In this document: in pieces, positions 7,853 through 18,900 of the stretch
How positions within the stretch are numbered: the first letter of the stretch is position 1
Layout: each line of letters opens with the position of its first letter
The notes under the pieces: generated by a model
What the model was told of the DNA's origin: nothing
The model's database searches: none
What the model saw: only the letters and a program-made list of their open reading frames with translations
Program-made: the position numbers and the translations under genes
DNA from: a virus
Taxonomy: Duplodnaviria > Caudoviricetes
IMG/VR virus record: IMGVR_UViG_3300050121_000130
Span: 1 to 53,090 of that record
DNA length: 53,090 nucleotides
Reading direction: 5' to 3' (one strand)

Positions 7853-10286
7853 TCAAAAGTATTATCGTGATGTAGCCATTGACCCGTCAAGCATTGATAC
7901 CAAAAACCGAACAATTCCAGTGTCGTTTTCTTCTGACGAAGGAGTTATGCGGTTTGATTGGTGGGAAGGAACATCATACAACGAAATATTAGGGCACGCA
8001 CCTGGAAACGTTGATCTTACTCGATTGAGTGATATCGGCGTTTCTTTATTTAATCACGACCCTAACCAAGTAATTGGCAAAGTTTTAAATCCGGCAATTG
8101 ATAGTAAAGCCATGCGCGGAACTGCCAATATTCAATTTGATACCGATGAAGCCAGCGATATTATTTATCAAAAAGTTTTGTCCGGTACCCTCAAAGGCGT
8201 TTCTGTAGGTTACCGCGTGACGGTTTGGGAAACCGTTGACGATGGTGAAACGTCAACCTGTGGACTGTATGAAGGTCCTTGCCAAATTGCTCGTATGTGG
8301 GAACCATTTGAAATATCGATTGTATCAGTCCCAGCAGATGCAACGGTAGGCGTTGGCCGCAGTATGAACGATGACATTACACAAATTGTTCAAAGGGCCG
8401 TTAACAAAGCTTTGGCATTAGTTCGCGGTGTGGTACCCGACAACATATCAACGGTAAAAGCTGATGAAGGTACCACATGGAAAGCCCCGGCGTTAAAAGA
8501 TTTTACTAAAAAGGCATGGGGTGACTTAACTGATACCGAGAAATCAGATATTGCCGGTCACTTTGCATGGGCTGCCGAAGATCCACCGGATACATTCGGA
8601 GATTTAAAATTGCCACATCATCAAGCAAGCGATGGCAAGGTTGTTTGGGATGGCGTCTCAAACGCCGGGGACCGGATAGATCAGACTGACATCCCTTCTG
8701 GCGATTTGGATAAAGTAAAAGAGCATTTAGCCGCACACTACAAGCAATTTGGTAAAACAGCACCATGGGATGAACCGGAGGGCGACAAAGGCGAAAAATC
8801 TGCTGGTGGAACTTCAAAAAGAGATCCAGATGGATCAGGTAACGACGACATCGATGATGATGAAACCGTTGGAGATGGCGAACCAGATGATGATCCAGAT
8901 GACAATCCAGATGAAAAAAACAAACAAAATAAAAAAGCAGGGGGTAAAAAATCAATGCCTATCGATGAAAAAGAAAAAATTGCTATCCGTGAGGAAGCAG
9001 CCAAAAATGAACGCGTAAGAACCGGTGAAATTCGAGCTATGTTTAAACATTTTGCTGGTCAAGTCGACATTAAAGAAGAAGATTATATTGATGCTGGGAC
9101 TTCAGTTGACGCAACTCGTGAAGCCATCATGAAAAATATTATTGAACGCAGTGTGCCAGCCGTTCCTGCAACTCCTAATCCTGATATCACAGTAGGCGCT
9201 GACGATGAAGACAAGTTCCGTGCTGCCGCCACTGATGCACTCTGCTGGAGATCGGGAATGAAATTCGATGAAGCAAAAGCAGCACCCGGATTTAAGGCCC
9301 TTCGCGGAATCAATATGATTGATCTTGGCCGTGAAGTTTATGAGCGTCAAACAGGAAAACGTTTTAAGTCTCATGATCGTAATTTATTAGTTCGCGAAAT
9401 GGTTCAGTCTTCTGTATTCAGTTATATTCTGCAAAATGTCGCTGATAAATCCATGCAAAATGCTTATCAGTACGCTCCTGTTACATATCCAATTTGGACT
9501 AAACATGGTGTATTAAATGACTATAAACCAGCATTACGGGCGCAATTATCCGAAGTTCCATTACTGTCGAACGTTAGCAAAGGTGAAGAGTACAAACTTG
9601 TTACTTTAACCGATGCCGGTGAATGGATTCAATTGTCCAAGCGTGGTAATTTGTTCACGATTACCCGCGAGGATATTATCAATGATGATATGCATGCACT
9701 GGTAGATTTCCCTGCACGCTGGGCAACTGCTGCGAGAGAAACAATTAATAGCGATGTATATAGTGTCTTGAATGGCAATCCTAATATGGGTTATGATGGC
9801 AATCCATTATTTTACGGTAGTCATAAAAATCTTGAAGCTACCAATAAAACCGCTCCATCAAAGTTGTCTTTACAGTCAGGTATTCAGTCAATGATGTTGC
9901 AAACAGGTTTAAAAACTTCTATTCCGTTAAACATTCGGCCTAAATTTTTGCTGTCTCCAGTGGCGCTGATGTGGGGCGCTAAACAGTTGCTAAATTCGGC
10001 TGCTGATAATACCCAAGCCAATTCAGCGGTTGTCAATGTACTGGAAAACATAGTTACATTAGTTACCGATCCGTTGCTGGATTTAAACAGTCCGTCTTCA
10101 TGGTATTTGGCTGCCGATCCTGCCGTAACCGATACTGTAGAAGTTGGCTTCCTGAATGGTCAGGATACTCCATATATCGAACAGCAAGCAGGTTTCCAAG
10201 TTGATGGATTCACTTATAAAATTCGTATTGAATACGGCGTGAAAGCACTCGACTGGAGAGGCTTGTTTAAGAATCCTGGTCAGTGA
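7830..10286 (+). CDS. Prohead protease - scaffold - major capsid fusion protein
   Basis: N-terminal HK97-type protease (LFNHD, GVSVGYRV, WEPFEISIVSVPAD); C-terminal Mu gpT-like capsid (TREDIINDD, FLNGQDTPYIE, DWRGLFKNPG). Confidence 0.92.
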   Translation: MKQKRTLDQKYYRDVAIDPSSIDTKNRTIPVSFSSDEGVMRFDWWEGTSYNEILGHAPGNVDLTRLSDIGVSLFNHDPNQVIGKVLNPAIDSKAMRGTANIQFDTDEASDIIYQKVLSGTLKGVSVGYRVTVWETVDDGETSTCGLYEGPCQIARMWEPFEISIVSVPADATVGVGRSMNDDITQIVQRAVNKALALVRGVVPDNISTVKADEGTTWKAPALKDFTKKAWGDLTDTEKSDIAGHFAWAAEDPPDTFGDLKLPHHQASDGKVVWDGVSNAGDRIDQTDIPSGDLDKVKEHLAAHYKQFGKTAPWDEPEGDKGEKSAGGTSKRDPDGSGNDDIDDDETVGDGEPDDDPDDNPDEKNKQNKKAGGKKSMPIDEKEKIAIREEAAKNERVRTGEIRAMFKHFAGQVDIKEEDYIDAGTSVDATREAIMKNIIERSVPAVPATPNPDITVGADDEDKFRAAATDALCWRSGMKFDEAKAAPGFKALRGINMIDLGREVYERQTGKRFKSHDRNLLVREMVQSSVFSYILQNVADKSMQNAYQYAPVTYPIWTKHGVLNDYKPALRAQLSEVPLLSNVSKGEEYKLVTLTDAGEWIQLSKRGNLFTITREDIINDDMHALVDFPARWATAARETINSDVYSVLNGNPNMGYDGNPLFYGSHKNLEATNKTAPSKLSLQSGIQSMMLQTGLKTSIPLNIRPKFLLSPVALMWGAKQLLNSAADNTQANSAVVNVLENIVTLVTDPLLDLNSPSSWYLAADPAVTDTVEVGFLNGQDTPYIEQQAGFQVDGFTYKIRIEYGVKALDWRGLFKNPGQ

Positions 10287-10350
10287 TAAGCAAACTGGCT
10301 GCCTTAATGGTAGCCTTAAATTTAAAAATAAAAAAAGTGAGGTAATATAA

Positions 10351-10701
10351 ATGAGCGCAAATATTCCTACGGGAGTTTATTTAGCAGAGGGAGATATTTT
10401 AGATTATACCAATTCCGGTTCGTCCGCATTGAATAACGGCGATGTAGTAACAGGTGCCGGAGCTTGTGGCGTAGTAACCGGAAACGGTATTGCTGTTGGA
10501 GCAACCGGACCAGTTGTAGTGCATGGGGTATATCAATTACCGGCAGTAACAACCGTTAGTTGGGCGGCTTTTGATAAATTATATTGGGATGCAACAAATA
10601 TTTGCTTAACTAATGTTACTACTGGAAATACCTTCATTGGTTATGCCCTAAATGCAAAAATAACTGCATCAGCGGCTGCGCTAGTAAAATTAAATAACTA
10701 A
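10351..10701 (+). CDS. DUF2190-like capsid cement/decoration protein
   Basis: Follows capsid; GDILDYT...GDVV...GV...G.V...GVY.LP...G.A pattern. Confidence 0.8.
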   Translation: MSANIPTGVYLAEGDILDYTNSGSSALNNGDVVTGAGACGVVTGNGIAVGATGPVVVHGVYQLPAVTTVSWAAFDKLYWDATNICLTNVTTGNTFIGYALNAKITASAAALVKLNN

Positions 10702-10751
10702 CAAAATACGGGGGCTGAAAAGCCCCTATTATTTTTGATTGGAGGTATGAA

Positions 10752-11393
10752 ATGGGAGCTGGAAATACAAATACATGGGGCCGAATAGCTCTTGAACAAG
10801 ACGGCGATGAAGTAAATTCATCCAATCCATTAGTAGTAGCAGTTGTTGGTGCTGGCGGTTCCAGTGTTGACCGTGTTTTTGTAACTACACAGTGGACAGC
10901 AAAAGCAATAGCTACAGGAATGGCAGCAGGCGATTTGATTGTTCAGGCCGATGAATATGACGTGACAACGAATCCAGCGACATTTTTAAGCACGACATGG
11001 CGAAATGTAACGCAGAATACAAATTTGGCGAGTGCGCCGGTCGGTAGTAATTTAAGTTTAGTTGCTGGATCGTCCAGCGTGAGCATATTAAATTTCCCCA
11101 CCACTCAGGCGGTGTCTACAGGCCGTGCCATAGCAGTAGCCGGTAAGACAGTGGTAACGATCGCCGGAACACCCGTAAATTTAGGTAGTCAAGTTTGCGG
11201 TGACGGAATTACGGTGATTGCAAATCCGGCTAATACAGGAAAAGTATATGTATTTCCTGCAGCGGGTAGCAAGACAGATGTTGTGCCGCTGGTAGCGGGT
11301 GATAGTAACTTTTTCCCTGTGGCTAATATATCGGCGCTAAAAGTAGATGCTGATACTTCCGGCGATTCTGTCTACTGGCAGGGGGCGGTGTAA
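10752..11393 (+). CDS. Putative virion accessory (head fibre/decoration) protein
   Basis: Beta-rich, small-residue-rich; lies between capsid and head-tail genes. Confidence 0.6.
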   Translation: MGAGNTNTWGRIALEQDGDEVNSSNPLVVAVVGAGGSSVDRVFVTTQWTAKAIATGMAAGDLIVQADEYDVTTNPATFLSTTWRNVTQNTNLASAPVGSNLSLVAGSSSVSILNFPTTQAVSTGRAIAVAGKTVVTIAGTPVNLGSQVCGDGITVIANPANTGKVYVFPAAGSKTDVVPLVAGDSNFFPVANISALKVDADTSGDSVYWQGAV

Positions 11394-12320
11394 TTGGATT
11401 ATGGCAATAGTTACAAAAAAGCCTCAAGCGGTTCTGGTAGTTCTGGGGGATTAACTGATAAAGGTATTTGGGATTCTGCAGTATCTTACGCAATAAATGA
11501 TCTTGTTAGGTATAATAATTCCTTGTATAAATGTATTCTTGGTATTACATCTGGAGTTCCCACAAATATCGCTAATTTCGCTACAATTTCATTTTATAAT
11601 GGCTATCAAGCTAGTGGAGCAACTGTTGGACAAGTAACAGATGGTGATATTGATACATCTATAGGGTATGGTTATTCAAATCAAGGCTTTAAATTTCAAT
11701 GGAGTTCCGCGGTAACTTTATCCAAAGTAAGAGTTTATGGATATGCTGCCCAAGGAGAAATAATTAAGGGTATTAGTATTCTAGATCATACCTTAACTCA
11801 AGTAGCTTCTGTAACTCAGAATATTTCAAGTACTGGTGATTATATTGATATTCCGATATCTATTACTGATTCAATTATATATGTAGTTTTCCTTTCAACT
11901 CAGAGTAATGATGGTAAAATATCAGAAATTCAAGTTTTTAATGGTGTGACACCCTTATATCCAAATTCAAGTCCTACATTTTGGACTTTCTTTGCAAGTG
12001 CTCTTGCAAATTCATTTTTGTCTCCTGTCACATTTGCTATGAATGCACCTGTAGCGGATTACCGAACGGTACCCTATATGGTGAAAAATGCTTGTGCAAT
12101 ATCTGAAATAACAATATTAACAGATGTTGTGCCGACTGCCTCCATGACCTTCTTATTATTTAAAAATGGTACTCAAATTAAAAGTATTACTACCGATGCC
12201 GTGTCTTTGATTACTCCAGATATTTCAGTCGCATTGGCGGTTGGCGATGTTCTTTATGCTCAAATATCGGGCAATATCAACGGTATTAATTTCGCTACCA
12301 TTGAGTTAAATGTGGTATAG
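11394..12320 (+). CDS. Putative virion carbohydrate-binding protein (discoidin/F5-8-like)
   Basis: WDSAVSYAINDLVRYNNSLYKC (CBM5/12-like), VTDGDIDT...ISEIQVF (discoidin-like). Confidence 0.6.
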   Translation: MDYGNSYKKASSGSGSSGGLTDKGIWDSAVSYAINDLVRYNNSLYKCILGITSGVPTNIANFATISFYNGYQASGATVGQVTDGDIDTSIGYGYSNQGFKFQWSSAVTLSKVRVYGYAAQGEIIKGISILDHTLTQVASVTQNISSTGDYIDIPISITDSIIYVVFLSTQSNDGKISEIQVFNGVTPLYPNSSPTFWTFFASALANSFLSPVTFAMNAPVADYRTVPYMVKNACAISEITILTDVVPTASMTFLLFKNGTQIKSITTDAVSLITPDISVALAVGDVLYAQISGNINGINFATIELNVV

Positions 12321-12323
12321 ATA

Positions 12324-12872
12324 ATGGCAGGATATTTATCTGATGCGTGGATACCTAATTATAATGATAATACCGTTTCTCATATTGTTAATGGCGTAGT
12401 TACTGCGACAATAACTGTAGGTACTAGCCCAATTGCAACGTGTGTGGATATGAATAATGCAATTTGGGTAACAAATTATACTGCAACTTCTGTGACAAAA
12501 ATAGTCAATGGTGTAGTAACTGCAACTATTAGTGTGGGGGCAAATCCAAATGCAATTTGTATAGATAAGGAAAATAATAAATGGGTAGTTAATATTAGTA
12601 ATAATACAGTTTCAAAAATAGTAAATGATATTGTTACTTCAACAATTACAGTAGGGGATACTCCTAGAGGGATATATGTTGATAGTAATGATAATATAGG
12701 TACTATAAATTATTGGGGGAGTAGCGTATCAGAAATAATTGCGGGAGTAGTTTCAACAATCGCAGTTGGTGGTAAACCCTATGGGTACGGTGATGCCACA
12801 GGCATGCAGGCGGCTATGCTGTTTGGATGGGGACCGTTTGCAACATCAAATTACTACAGTTACATTATGTAA
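12324..12872 (+). CDS. YVTN/Vgb-like beta-propeller repeat protein
   Basis: Four ~36-aa repeats (VSKIVNGVVTATITVG..P..ICVD....W.N). Confidence 0.75.
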   Translation: MAGYLSDAWIPNYNDNTVSHIVNGVVTATITVGTSPIATCVDMNNAIWVTNYTATSVTKIVNGVVTATISVGANPNAICIDKENNKWVVNISNNTVSKIVNDIVTSTITVGDTPRGIYVDSNDNIGTINYWGSSVSEIIAGVVSTIAVGGKPYGYGDATGMQAAMLFGWGPFATSNYYSYIM

Positions 12873-12959
12873 GGACCATAATTTGTGGAGGTGATCCAGA
12901 TGGGCAACCATCTGCAATAGACCGTGACGGTCTTTTTTTATTGCCTGGAAGGAGGAACT

Positions 12960-13277
12960 ATGTCAATAAAATCTCAAATCATAGTTGACAATGCGATTTT
13001 CCTTGATCTTGATACTTTTGCTGAACAAATAACCTACGAAGGAAAAACAATTTCCGCTGTAGTTGTTATTGGTGATTCGTCTATTAAGGGCGATACGTTT
13101 GAAAACAGAGGCCGTGCTTCAGTTGGCAGCATTAGCGTTTCGGCAATTGATGTACCAGACCCTCAAACGGGTGATGAAGTAATTATTAATTCCGTTAAAT
13201 GGGAAATGAGTCGTATTATTGATTCTGATTCTGCTATGAATAAGTTGCAAATCATTAGTGGGGAGAGTGTTTTATAG
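12960..13277 (+). CDS. Head-tail joining protein (gpFII-like)
   Basis: FLDLDTFAEQITYEG...PQTGDEVIINSVKW; GGAGG RBS. Confidence 0.75.
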   Translation: MSIKSQIIVDNAIFLDLDTFAEQITYEGKTISAVVVIGDSSIKGDTFENRGRASVGSISVSAIDVPDPQTGDEVIINSVKWEMSRIIDSDSAMNKLQIISGESVL

Positions 13278-13855
13278 TGCTTACCGTTGATGTTTTAGAC
13301 GAAGCTGACCCTATTCTGGCATATTTGGCGGCTGAATACCCTAATTTAATTAGTAAAGCCGCGAAATCCACTGGTTATATGATGCAGAAGCAAATTAAGG
13401 CTGGTATTTTATCCGGTGCACCTGGTGGGGTTCCTTATGCGCCATTAATACCGCCGCCATTTCGACCTAGGCTCGATGAATTAACATCAGGGCATACAAA
13501 ACCCGATTATAAATTATTGGGCGCATTGGCACAAGCTACTGGATATCAGTACAAAGACGGTGTTCTTTTGGTTGGTTGGCTATCTGATTCAGCTGTTAAA
13601 ATTGGAGTCATGGAAGAAGAAGGCGCCGTAAAGCCATTCAATACTCAAATGAGACAGCAATTTCTTGAAGCTGGGTTACACCCATCCAAAAACAAGACTG
13701 AAGTTGTTATTCCAAAACGTGCAACCTATGCACCGATGTTTCGCATTTTAGCACCGCAAATAACGCCATATATTGCGGAAAAGTTGGACGAATATGAGAC
13801 AAAAGGTCTTCCCGATGTCACAAAAAACAAACGAAAATACTCCGTGAAGGGGTGA
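13277..13855 (+). CDS. Neck / tail completion protein
   Basis: Synteny; IPKRATYAP motif typical of virion morphogenesis proteins. Confidence 0.6.
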   Translation: MLTVDVLDEADPILAYLAAEYPNLISKAAKSTGYMMQKQIKAGILSGAPGGVPYAPLIPPPFRPRLDELTSGHTKPDYKLLGALAQATGYQYKDGVLLVGWLSDSAVKIGVMEEEGAVKPFNTQMRQQFLEAGLHPSKNKTEVVIPKRATYAPMFRILAPQITPYIAEKLDEYETKGLPDVTKNKRKYSVKG

Positions 13856-13859
13856 AAAA

Positions 13860-14333
13860 TTGCAAACATTAAGATTTGAATCCATTTTAGCCGTCTATAT
13901 ACCGGCACTGGTAAACAGTGTGGCAATAGACGGTTTTTGTATGGACAAATACGGTAAACCGCTGACGATTATGGAGGGCTTTGACGGTAAGAATCCACCC
14001 AAAGGAGCCGCTTGCCCCTACATGGCATTCACTGGATTCGTCAAGCAAGAAGGTGACGAAATAAGCGAATTTACATATCATTTGTCAACAATGTCATGCG
14101 TAAGTAATACCAGCACGACCACAAATGGAAACGTAATCAGTTATAACGGTTCAGCGGAATCCCGCGAATTATCGCAATTAATTTATGAATGTCTCTGTGA
14201 GGCCAGTCAGAACTATCCGATTGCTCATGCTAATACAACAGTTGATTCGTTTACATTCATTCCTCAGTTTCCGGGCTATTTGGATATTACATTAAAAATC
14301 CCCATTTGTATGGGTGGTCAAATTATATTTTAG
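13860..14333 (+). CDS. Putative tail terminator
   Basis: Position immediately before tail tube; size. Confidence 0.55.
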   Translation: MQTLRFESILAVYIPALVNSVAIDGFCMDKYGKPLTIMEGFDGKNPPKGAACPYMAFTGFVKQEGDEISEFTYHLSTMSCVSNTSTTTNGNVISYNGSAESRELSQLIYECLCEASQNYPIAHANTTVDSFTFIPQFPGYLDITLKIPICMGGQIIF

Positions 14334-14336
14334 GAG

Positions 14337-15293
14337 ATGATAGTTTTGGGTATTCAAGCAAAAGGTATAAAAGCAACAGTACAACTTGATTTTGAAGCTG
14401 CTTATAATGTTGTTAACACCGTTCCGGCAGCGGTACAATTGCCGATTAATACCTGCGAAATAAAATCAAAACAAAATTTGGTTGATCCAGTGACTATTAC
14501 GGGTCGGCGTGATCCAGTAGCCCCCAGCTTTGGGAATATTGACGTGTCGGGAACTGCAGTTGTTCCACTCGATGCTGAAAACTTCGGGAATTGGCTTAAA
14601 GCAGCTTTTGGCGCACCTGTAACAACTGGATCGGCAGCACCCTATACTCATGTTTTTAAAGTTGGCGATATTCAACCATCAATAGCAATTCAACAAGCAT
14701 TTAATGACATTGGTCAGTATGAACTTTTCACCGGATGTAAAATTTCAAAGATGAAGTTTTCATTCGGCGGTGATGGTGAACTCACTGTAAGCATCGACAT
14801 TATGGGTGCTAAAGAAACGCTCGGAACCGTGACATATGATGCCACTCCGACAACGCTTGTATTAACGCGGTTTAGTAATTTCCAAGCGTCGATTAAAGAG
14901 GGCGGTTCTACGGTTGCCATTATCCGGAATGTAGATGTTGAAATTGATATGGGTCTTGATGGCGATACCTACGTTATTGGTGGCCAAGGATTCCGCGGAT
15001 CGGTTAATGAAGGGCTAATGCTGTTATCCGGTAATGTGAAAGCGTTATTTGAAGATCAAACATTACTAGCAAAGGCGGTTGCCGGAACTCAATCCAGTAT
15101 TGATATTACTCTTACAAACGGCACTGAATCACTCGAGATTAATATGCAGGAATTAGTTTATCAGCGAAATTCTCCTGGTATTAATGGACCAAAGGGAGTC
15201 GAAATTGAATTGCCGTTTAAAGCATATTTTAAGGCCGGTGCGCTGAATAGTTGCATTGCGTTTACGTTGACCAATAATACAGCTACATATTAA
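14337..15293 (+). CDS. Major tail tube protein (Phage_tube_2-like)
   Basis: GNIDVSG, YTHVF, FTGCKISKMKF, PGINGPKGVEIELPFKAY. Confidence 0.88.
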   Translation: MIVLGIQAKGIKATVQLDFEAAYNVVNTVPAAVQLPINTCEIKSKQNLVDPVTITGRRDPVAPSFGNIDVSGTAVVPLDAENFGNWLKAAFGAPVTTGSAAPYTHVFKVGDIQPSIAIQQAFNDIGQYELFTGCKISKMKFSFGGDGELTVSIDIMGAKETLGTVTYDATPTTLVLTRFSNFQASIKEGGSTVAIIRNVDVEIDMGLDGDTYVIGGQGFRGSVNEGLMLLSGNVKALFEDQTLLAKAVAGTQSSIDITLTNGTESLEINMQELVYQRNSPGINGPKGVEIELPFKAYFKAGALNSCIAFTLTNNTATY

Positions 15294-15310
15294 CAGGGGG
15301 TACAACACAA

Positions 15311-15583
15311 ATGGAAAAGTTAAAAACGGAACTTCCGGCAGCTCGTGGCATGACAAATGGTGAATATAAAAAATTCAAAGAATCCGGACACGATCCGGTA
15401 TTTTTTACGACTGAAAAGCTGGAAAACTACGGTAAATCAATCGTTGAAAGCAAAGAATACATCATCAAGGAAATTTACGACGGTAATTTTTCTGATGATG
15501 TGAACCGTGGCGACTTGATGGCATTGGCTGAAAAAACCATGCGAATTACCAACGGGTTTGAAGCAGAAATAAAAAACTCCTAG
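15311..15583 (+). CDS. Tail assembly chaperone (gpG-like)
   Basis: Between tube and tape measure; ends EIKNS with slippery A AAA AAC. Confidence 0.8.
   Translation: MEKLKTELPAARGMTNGEYKKFKESGHDPVFFTTEKLENYGKSIVESKEYIIKEIYDGNFSDDVNRGDLMALAEKTMRITNGFEAEIKNS
15571..15577 (+). other. Programmed -1 frameshift site
   Basis: A-AAA-AAC heptamer in the correct phase; -1 frame reads KLLDVWGWM into the next ORF. Confidence 0.8.
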
Positions 15584-15585
15584 AC

Positions 15586-15903
15586 GTGTGGGGCTGGATG
15601 GCTGAAAAAGGCAGTTACTGCACAGATATGAAGCATTTAGGCAGATGCAAGCCTGATGAATGTTTGGAATGCGATTTTCGTTGCCCTGATTTAATCCCTG
15701 AAAATCGCGAGGCATGGGAATTGTGGATTACCGCAAATACACAATGGCGTATGGGCAGATATGGACCTGTAGGACTTGATTACCCAGCTGTTATGTCGGT
15801 TAGCCAGGTCTTATTTATTACTTTAACCCCGGCGATACTCCATAAAATACGCAAACTCGAAGAATATGAGTTAAAACGCCTCCACGAGAAGGTGAAAAAA
15901 TAG
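15586..15903 (+). CDS. Tail assembly chaperone gpT-like (DUF1799-like), expressed as frameshift fusion
   Basis: PENREAWELW...TQWRMG..GPVGLDYPAV. Confidence 0.8.
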   Translation: MWGWMAEKGSYCTDMKHLGRCKPDECLECDFRCPDLIPENREAWELWITANTQWRMGRYGPVGLDYPAVMSVSQVLFITLTPAILHKIRKLEEYELKRLHEKVKK

Positions 15904-18900
15904 TGGCAAATAGTGTACAAATAGCAGTTGGCGTTACTGATAACGCGACAGCACAATTTCAAAAAATATCAGCAGCCGATCAGGAAATGAATAAACAAAT
16001 GATCGCTGCCCATGAAGCCAGCAATAAAGCAATGAAAACGGCTTTTTCCGACAATATTAAGGCCATTGATACATCGAAGTATCAAGAACAGTACGCCAAA
16101 CTCACTATGGGACCAACAACTGCTGGATTCGCGAAACAATCTGCTGAAATGGATAAGCAAATCGCCCTGCAGCGGGATAAATTAAAGTTGTTGGCTGAAG
16201 CTCGCGATAACGCAGACAATCCGCGTTCTATTGGTAAATATGCCATGCAGTTGGAGCGGCAAAATGTTGTACTGGCTGAAATGGAACAACGGCGTAAGGC
16301 ATTAAGCATATCGCCGTACGCTGCCAATTTAGGCCTAGCCCAGCAGGACCGCAACAACATGCAAGCCCAGCGGGGTATTGACAATAACAAGTATAAAGAC
16401 GGTTCTTATGCTCTGTATGCCGCCCAGTCATCTAGTATGAAACCGATATTAGAACAGCAGGCTGGCGTGGTCAATAAGGCGGCTGATGCCCACAGAGCAA
16501 CCGTAGCGGCTTATGGGGCTGAATCTTCGGCGGCAAAAACTTCCATGGCAACGCTGCTGGCTGAAAAGAAAATGTATTCTGATTTGGAAAAAGAAATTTC
16601 GAATGTTAATAAATTACGGCGTGAAAAAATAACCGGACCAATAGGCGCGGGATTATCAGCCGCAAGTATTGGGGTGGCTGCTGTCGGCGGGTATGCATTG
16701 TCGGCGGCTATATCTGAAAAGGCCGTTGATCGGCAAGTATCAGCATCATTTGGAAGTCGCGCCGATGATATTACAAAATACAGTCAGCAGATGCGCGAAG
16801 AATTTGGTTTAAACGAAACCGAAGTTCGTAAATCTGCGTCATCGTTTAATATGATGCTTCAAAGTATGGGACTGACGAATAAAGAATCTTATGAAATGAG
16901 TACAGGTTTTACTAAATTGTCCAGTGAAGTAGCAGCGTTTTATGGTATTTCGTCTGAAGACGCTACCGAAAAATTGCGCGCTGGTTTGATGGGTAGAACG
17001 AGAGGACTTGTAGAATTAGGCGTTGCTGTAAGTAAAGAAACCATAAATAATTATGCCTATACTCATAGCATTGCCGATCAAGGTGCAACACTTACCGAAT
17101 CGCAGACTGCTTTAGCAAGTTATGCTGTTATTTCAGAAAAATTAGCACAAACGAACGGTACCCTAGCAGCCACCATGGATGGTCCTGCAGGACAGTTAAG
17201 AATGCTAAAAAACACTTCCGAAGATTTAGCAAAATCACTAGGCAATCAGTTATTGCCTGACTTTTTAAAATTAGTTCAATCAGCCAATTCCGTTGCGTCA
17301 TTTGGTGAAAAATCAAAGGGCGCATTAGATGGCGCAGGTGGTGCATTTGCCAAGTTTGGGGTTGAAGCGGCTGGGGCAATTGGTTTGCTTCGCGGACTGG
17401 GCATGGTGTTAGGATTTGCAGTTAATCCGTGGGTAGCATTGGCTATCACTGTTGGTTTAGCTACTCAAAAATTAGAAGAATTCTTAAAGAAAAAACGTGA
17501 AGTTGATTTAGTTCAACACGGAGATCAAGGAAAAAACAAAGCCGACGTTTATTTAAATCCCGACACCGGAAAATATGAAAAGGATCAGGAATATTTTGCA
17601 CCGTGGGGAACAAAATTAACTAGGCGGCAAGAACTTAGTCCAGAAGAAGTGGCAGATATGCATGGAAGTTTGCCTCCTGGCAAGGAGCGCGCAGGTTTTG
17701 CCAATCTCAAAGGAGACAATCCTAGCCCTGATTTGCCAGGGTTACAAAAAGATTTAGAAACAAAAAGGCAGACTGATTCCGAAGCTAAAGCCGAAGCTGA
17801 TCGTCAAGCAGAAGCAGCTAAAGAACTCGCCGCCTCAAGACTCCAAACCGAACGGCAACTGCAAAATGAACTGTTCAAAATGCGTCACCAAGGAGCCTAT
17901 GCAACATTCCAGGATGACCTACAAATTCAAATGGAAGAAATAAATCTCAAAGAAAAAGAAGCCGTCAAAATTATAGGCGCACCTGAAGCGAAACAGTATT
18001 ATGATCAGATTCGCGTTGAAACCCAGCGCATTGCTGATGATAAAATCCGTAAATCAACCGAAGACTTGAATCGTGATATTTATAAAATTACTCATTCGTC
18101 AATTGAAGCGCAAATTGCCGATATTGAGCATAAAAAAGCTGAATCCATTAGAGCTGGTATTGCTGAAGCTGATGCCGAAAAGATGGCAGCGGCTGAAAAA
18201 GCAAAATTGCAGTGGGATTCTAGCAAGGAAATTCAGGGCGATTTATTTAAGTCAGCACCAAATCGTAATGATTATCAAAGCAAAATGTACGATTTGAATA
18301 ATAGAAGTATTTCATTGCAGGAAAAATATGGCAAAGACGATCTTGATATATTCAGGACGATTGAACAAGAAAAAACAAAGATTATGGAAGATGAAACCCG
18401 TAGCCGGATGAGCAAAATGCGAGCGTTAACTTCTGGTGAATTTGGTGAAGAAGTTGCGGCGGTTAAGGATGCAATATTGAAAGGTAAAGACCCTGATGCT
18501 GCATACGAAAAAGCGCATAAAACTGCCGAACGGGATCGTAATGCACAAGTGGGCGCCGAATGGTCAGTTTTAGGCAAACAGGGAATTGATCCAACCAGAG
18601 CCGATTTTGAGCAACAACTTTCTAGTCGCGGGATGGATGCTAGATTTATGCGGTATGGAAATGTCAATTCGTATCACGATGAATCAAAATTTAGTCCCAA
18701 TTCGCTGAAATTTAATCAAGACAATACGATTGTAAATGCTAGTACGAATGATTTGATTGGAAGGCGTGATCAGTCGCTATCATCGGTATATGTTCAGCCG
18801 TTGCCAGCTAAAGAAGTCCCCAAAATGCAAGTATACATCACCGTCACTTATGACGAAGCCGGGAACGAAAAAATTATTGGTACGATTACAGACGGAATAA

